Source: Xylographa opegraphella
Lineage: Eukaryota
DNA length: 63,562 nucleotides
NCBI GenBank assembly: GCA_022813865.1
Contig: JALDZX010000021.1
Span: 310,001 to 373,562, forward strand
Reading direction: 5' to 3'
Of the stretch, positions 63,358 to 63,562 are shown piece by piece (position 1 is the first letter of the stretch; each line of letters starts with the position of its first letter). A program made the translations under genes and the position numbers. The notes under the pieces were generated by a model, which was not told the DNA's origin, did no database searches, and saw only the letters and a list, made by a program, of their open reading frames with translations.

Positions 63358-63562
63358 TGTTACGATCCTGCCTCTCACTAGTATAGTTCGATTAGGGATC
63401 TGGGTTGGATTCGTCAATGAGTNNNNNNNNNNNNNNGATGCAGTCTTAATGCTCCAGTCTAATAGTCTTCGTACAGTATTGTATTGAAGCCTAGTAGTCT
63501 AGAGCATTAAGACTGCATCGTGACTTCCTATCTACTCATTGACGAATCCAACCCAGATCCCT
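63358..63562. mobile_element. Fold-back (long inverted repeat) element, MITE-like or part of an LTR; truncated by the window end
   Basis: 63394-63422 is the reverse complement of 63534-63562, and 63437-63454 of 63502-63519. TGTTACG at 63358 follows an AT-rich tract. Confidence 0.65.

Noticed and set aside
1..63562. CRISPR arrays, rRNA, tRNA, secondary-metabolite cluster or intact transposase
   Set aside because: None recognised by eye. A tRNAscan-SE or cmscan run would be needed to exclude small RNA genes.

Overview
Gene-dense, intron-containing nuclear DNA from a filamentous ascomycete (Pezizomycotina), inferred from short GT-AG introns with CTAAC/CTGAC branch points and from the gene content. 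About 24 intact genes are supported. Recognisable ones are beta-carbonic anhydrase, xanthine dehydrogenase hxA, mitochondrial ribosomal S7, a USP protein, Stn1, a DNAJC9-like protein, a RIB2-type deaminase, Apd1-like, V-ATPase subunit a, WBP2-like, Mpg1, Cox11, TMEM135-like, a bHLH factor, CENP-Q-like, AcuM and Spo22/Zip4. There are also decayed accessory genes (an NLR-type NACHT relic and two RBR ubiquitin-ligase paralogs) and a fold-back repeat at the right edge. The most notable unexplained features are: (1) a ~570-nt highly base-paired intergenic segment on the minus strand (11685-12257) that looks like an unannotated structured ncRNA; (2) an in-frame alternative 5' splice extension encoding 34 aa with 11 Trp (29848-29949); (3) a tandemly duplicated symmetric exon in the USP gene; (4) a recurrent C-rich-to-G-rich switch along several short genes. 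All assignments come from reading motifs by eye. No searches or folding programs were run, and exon boundaries are manual estimates.
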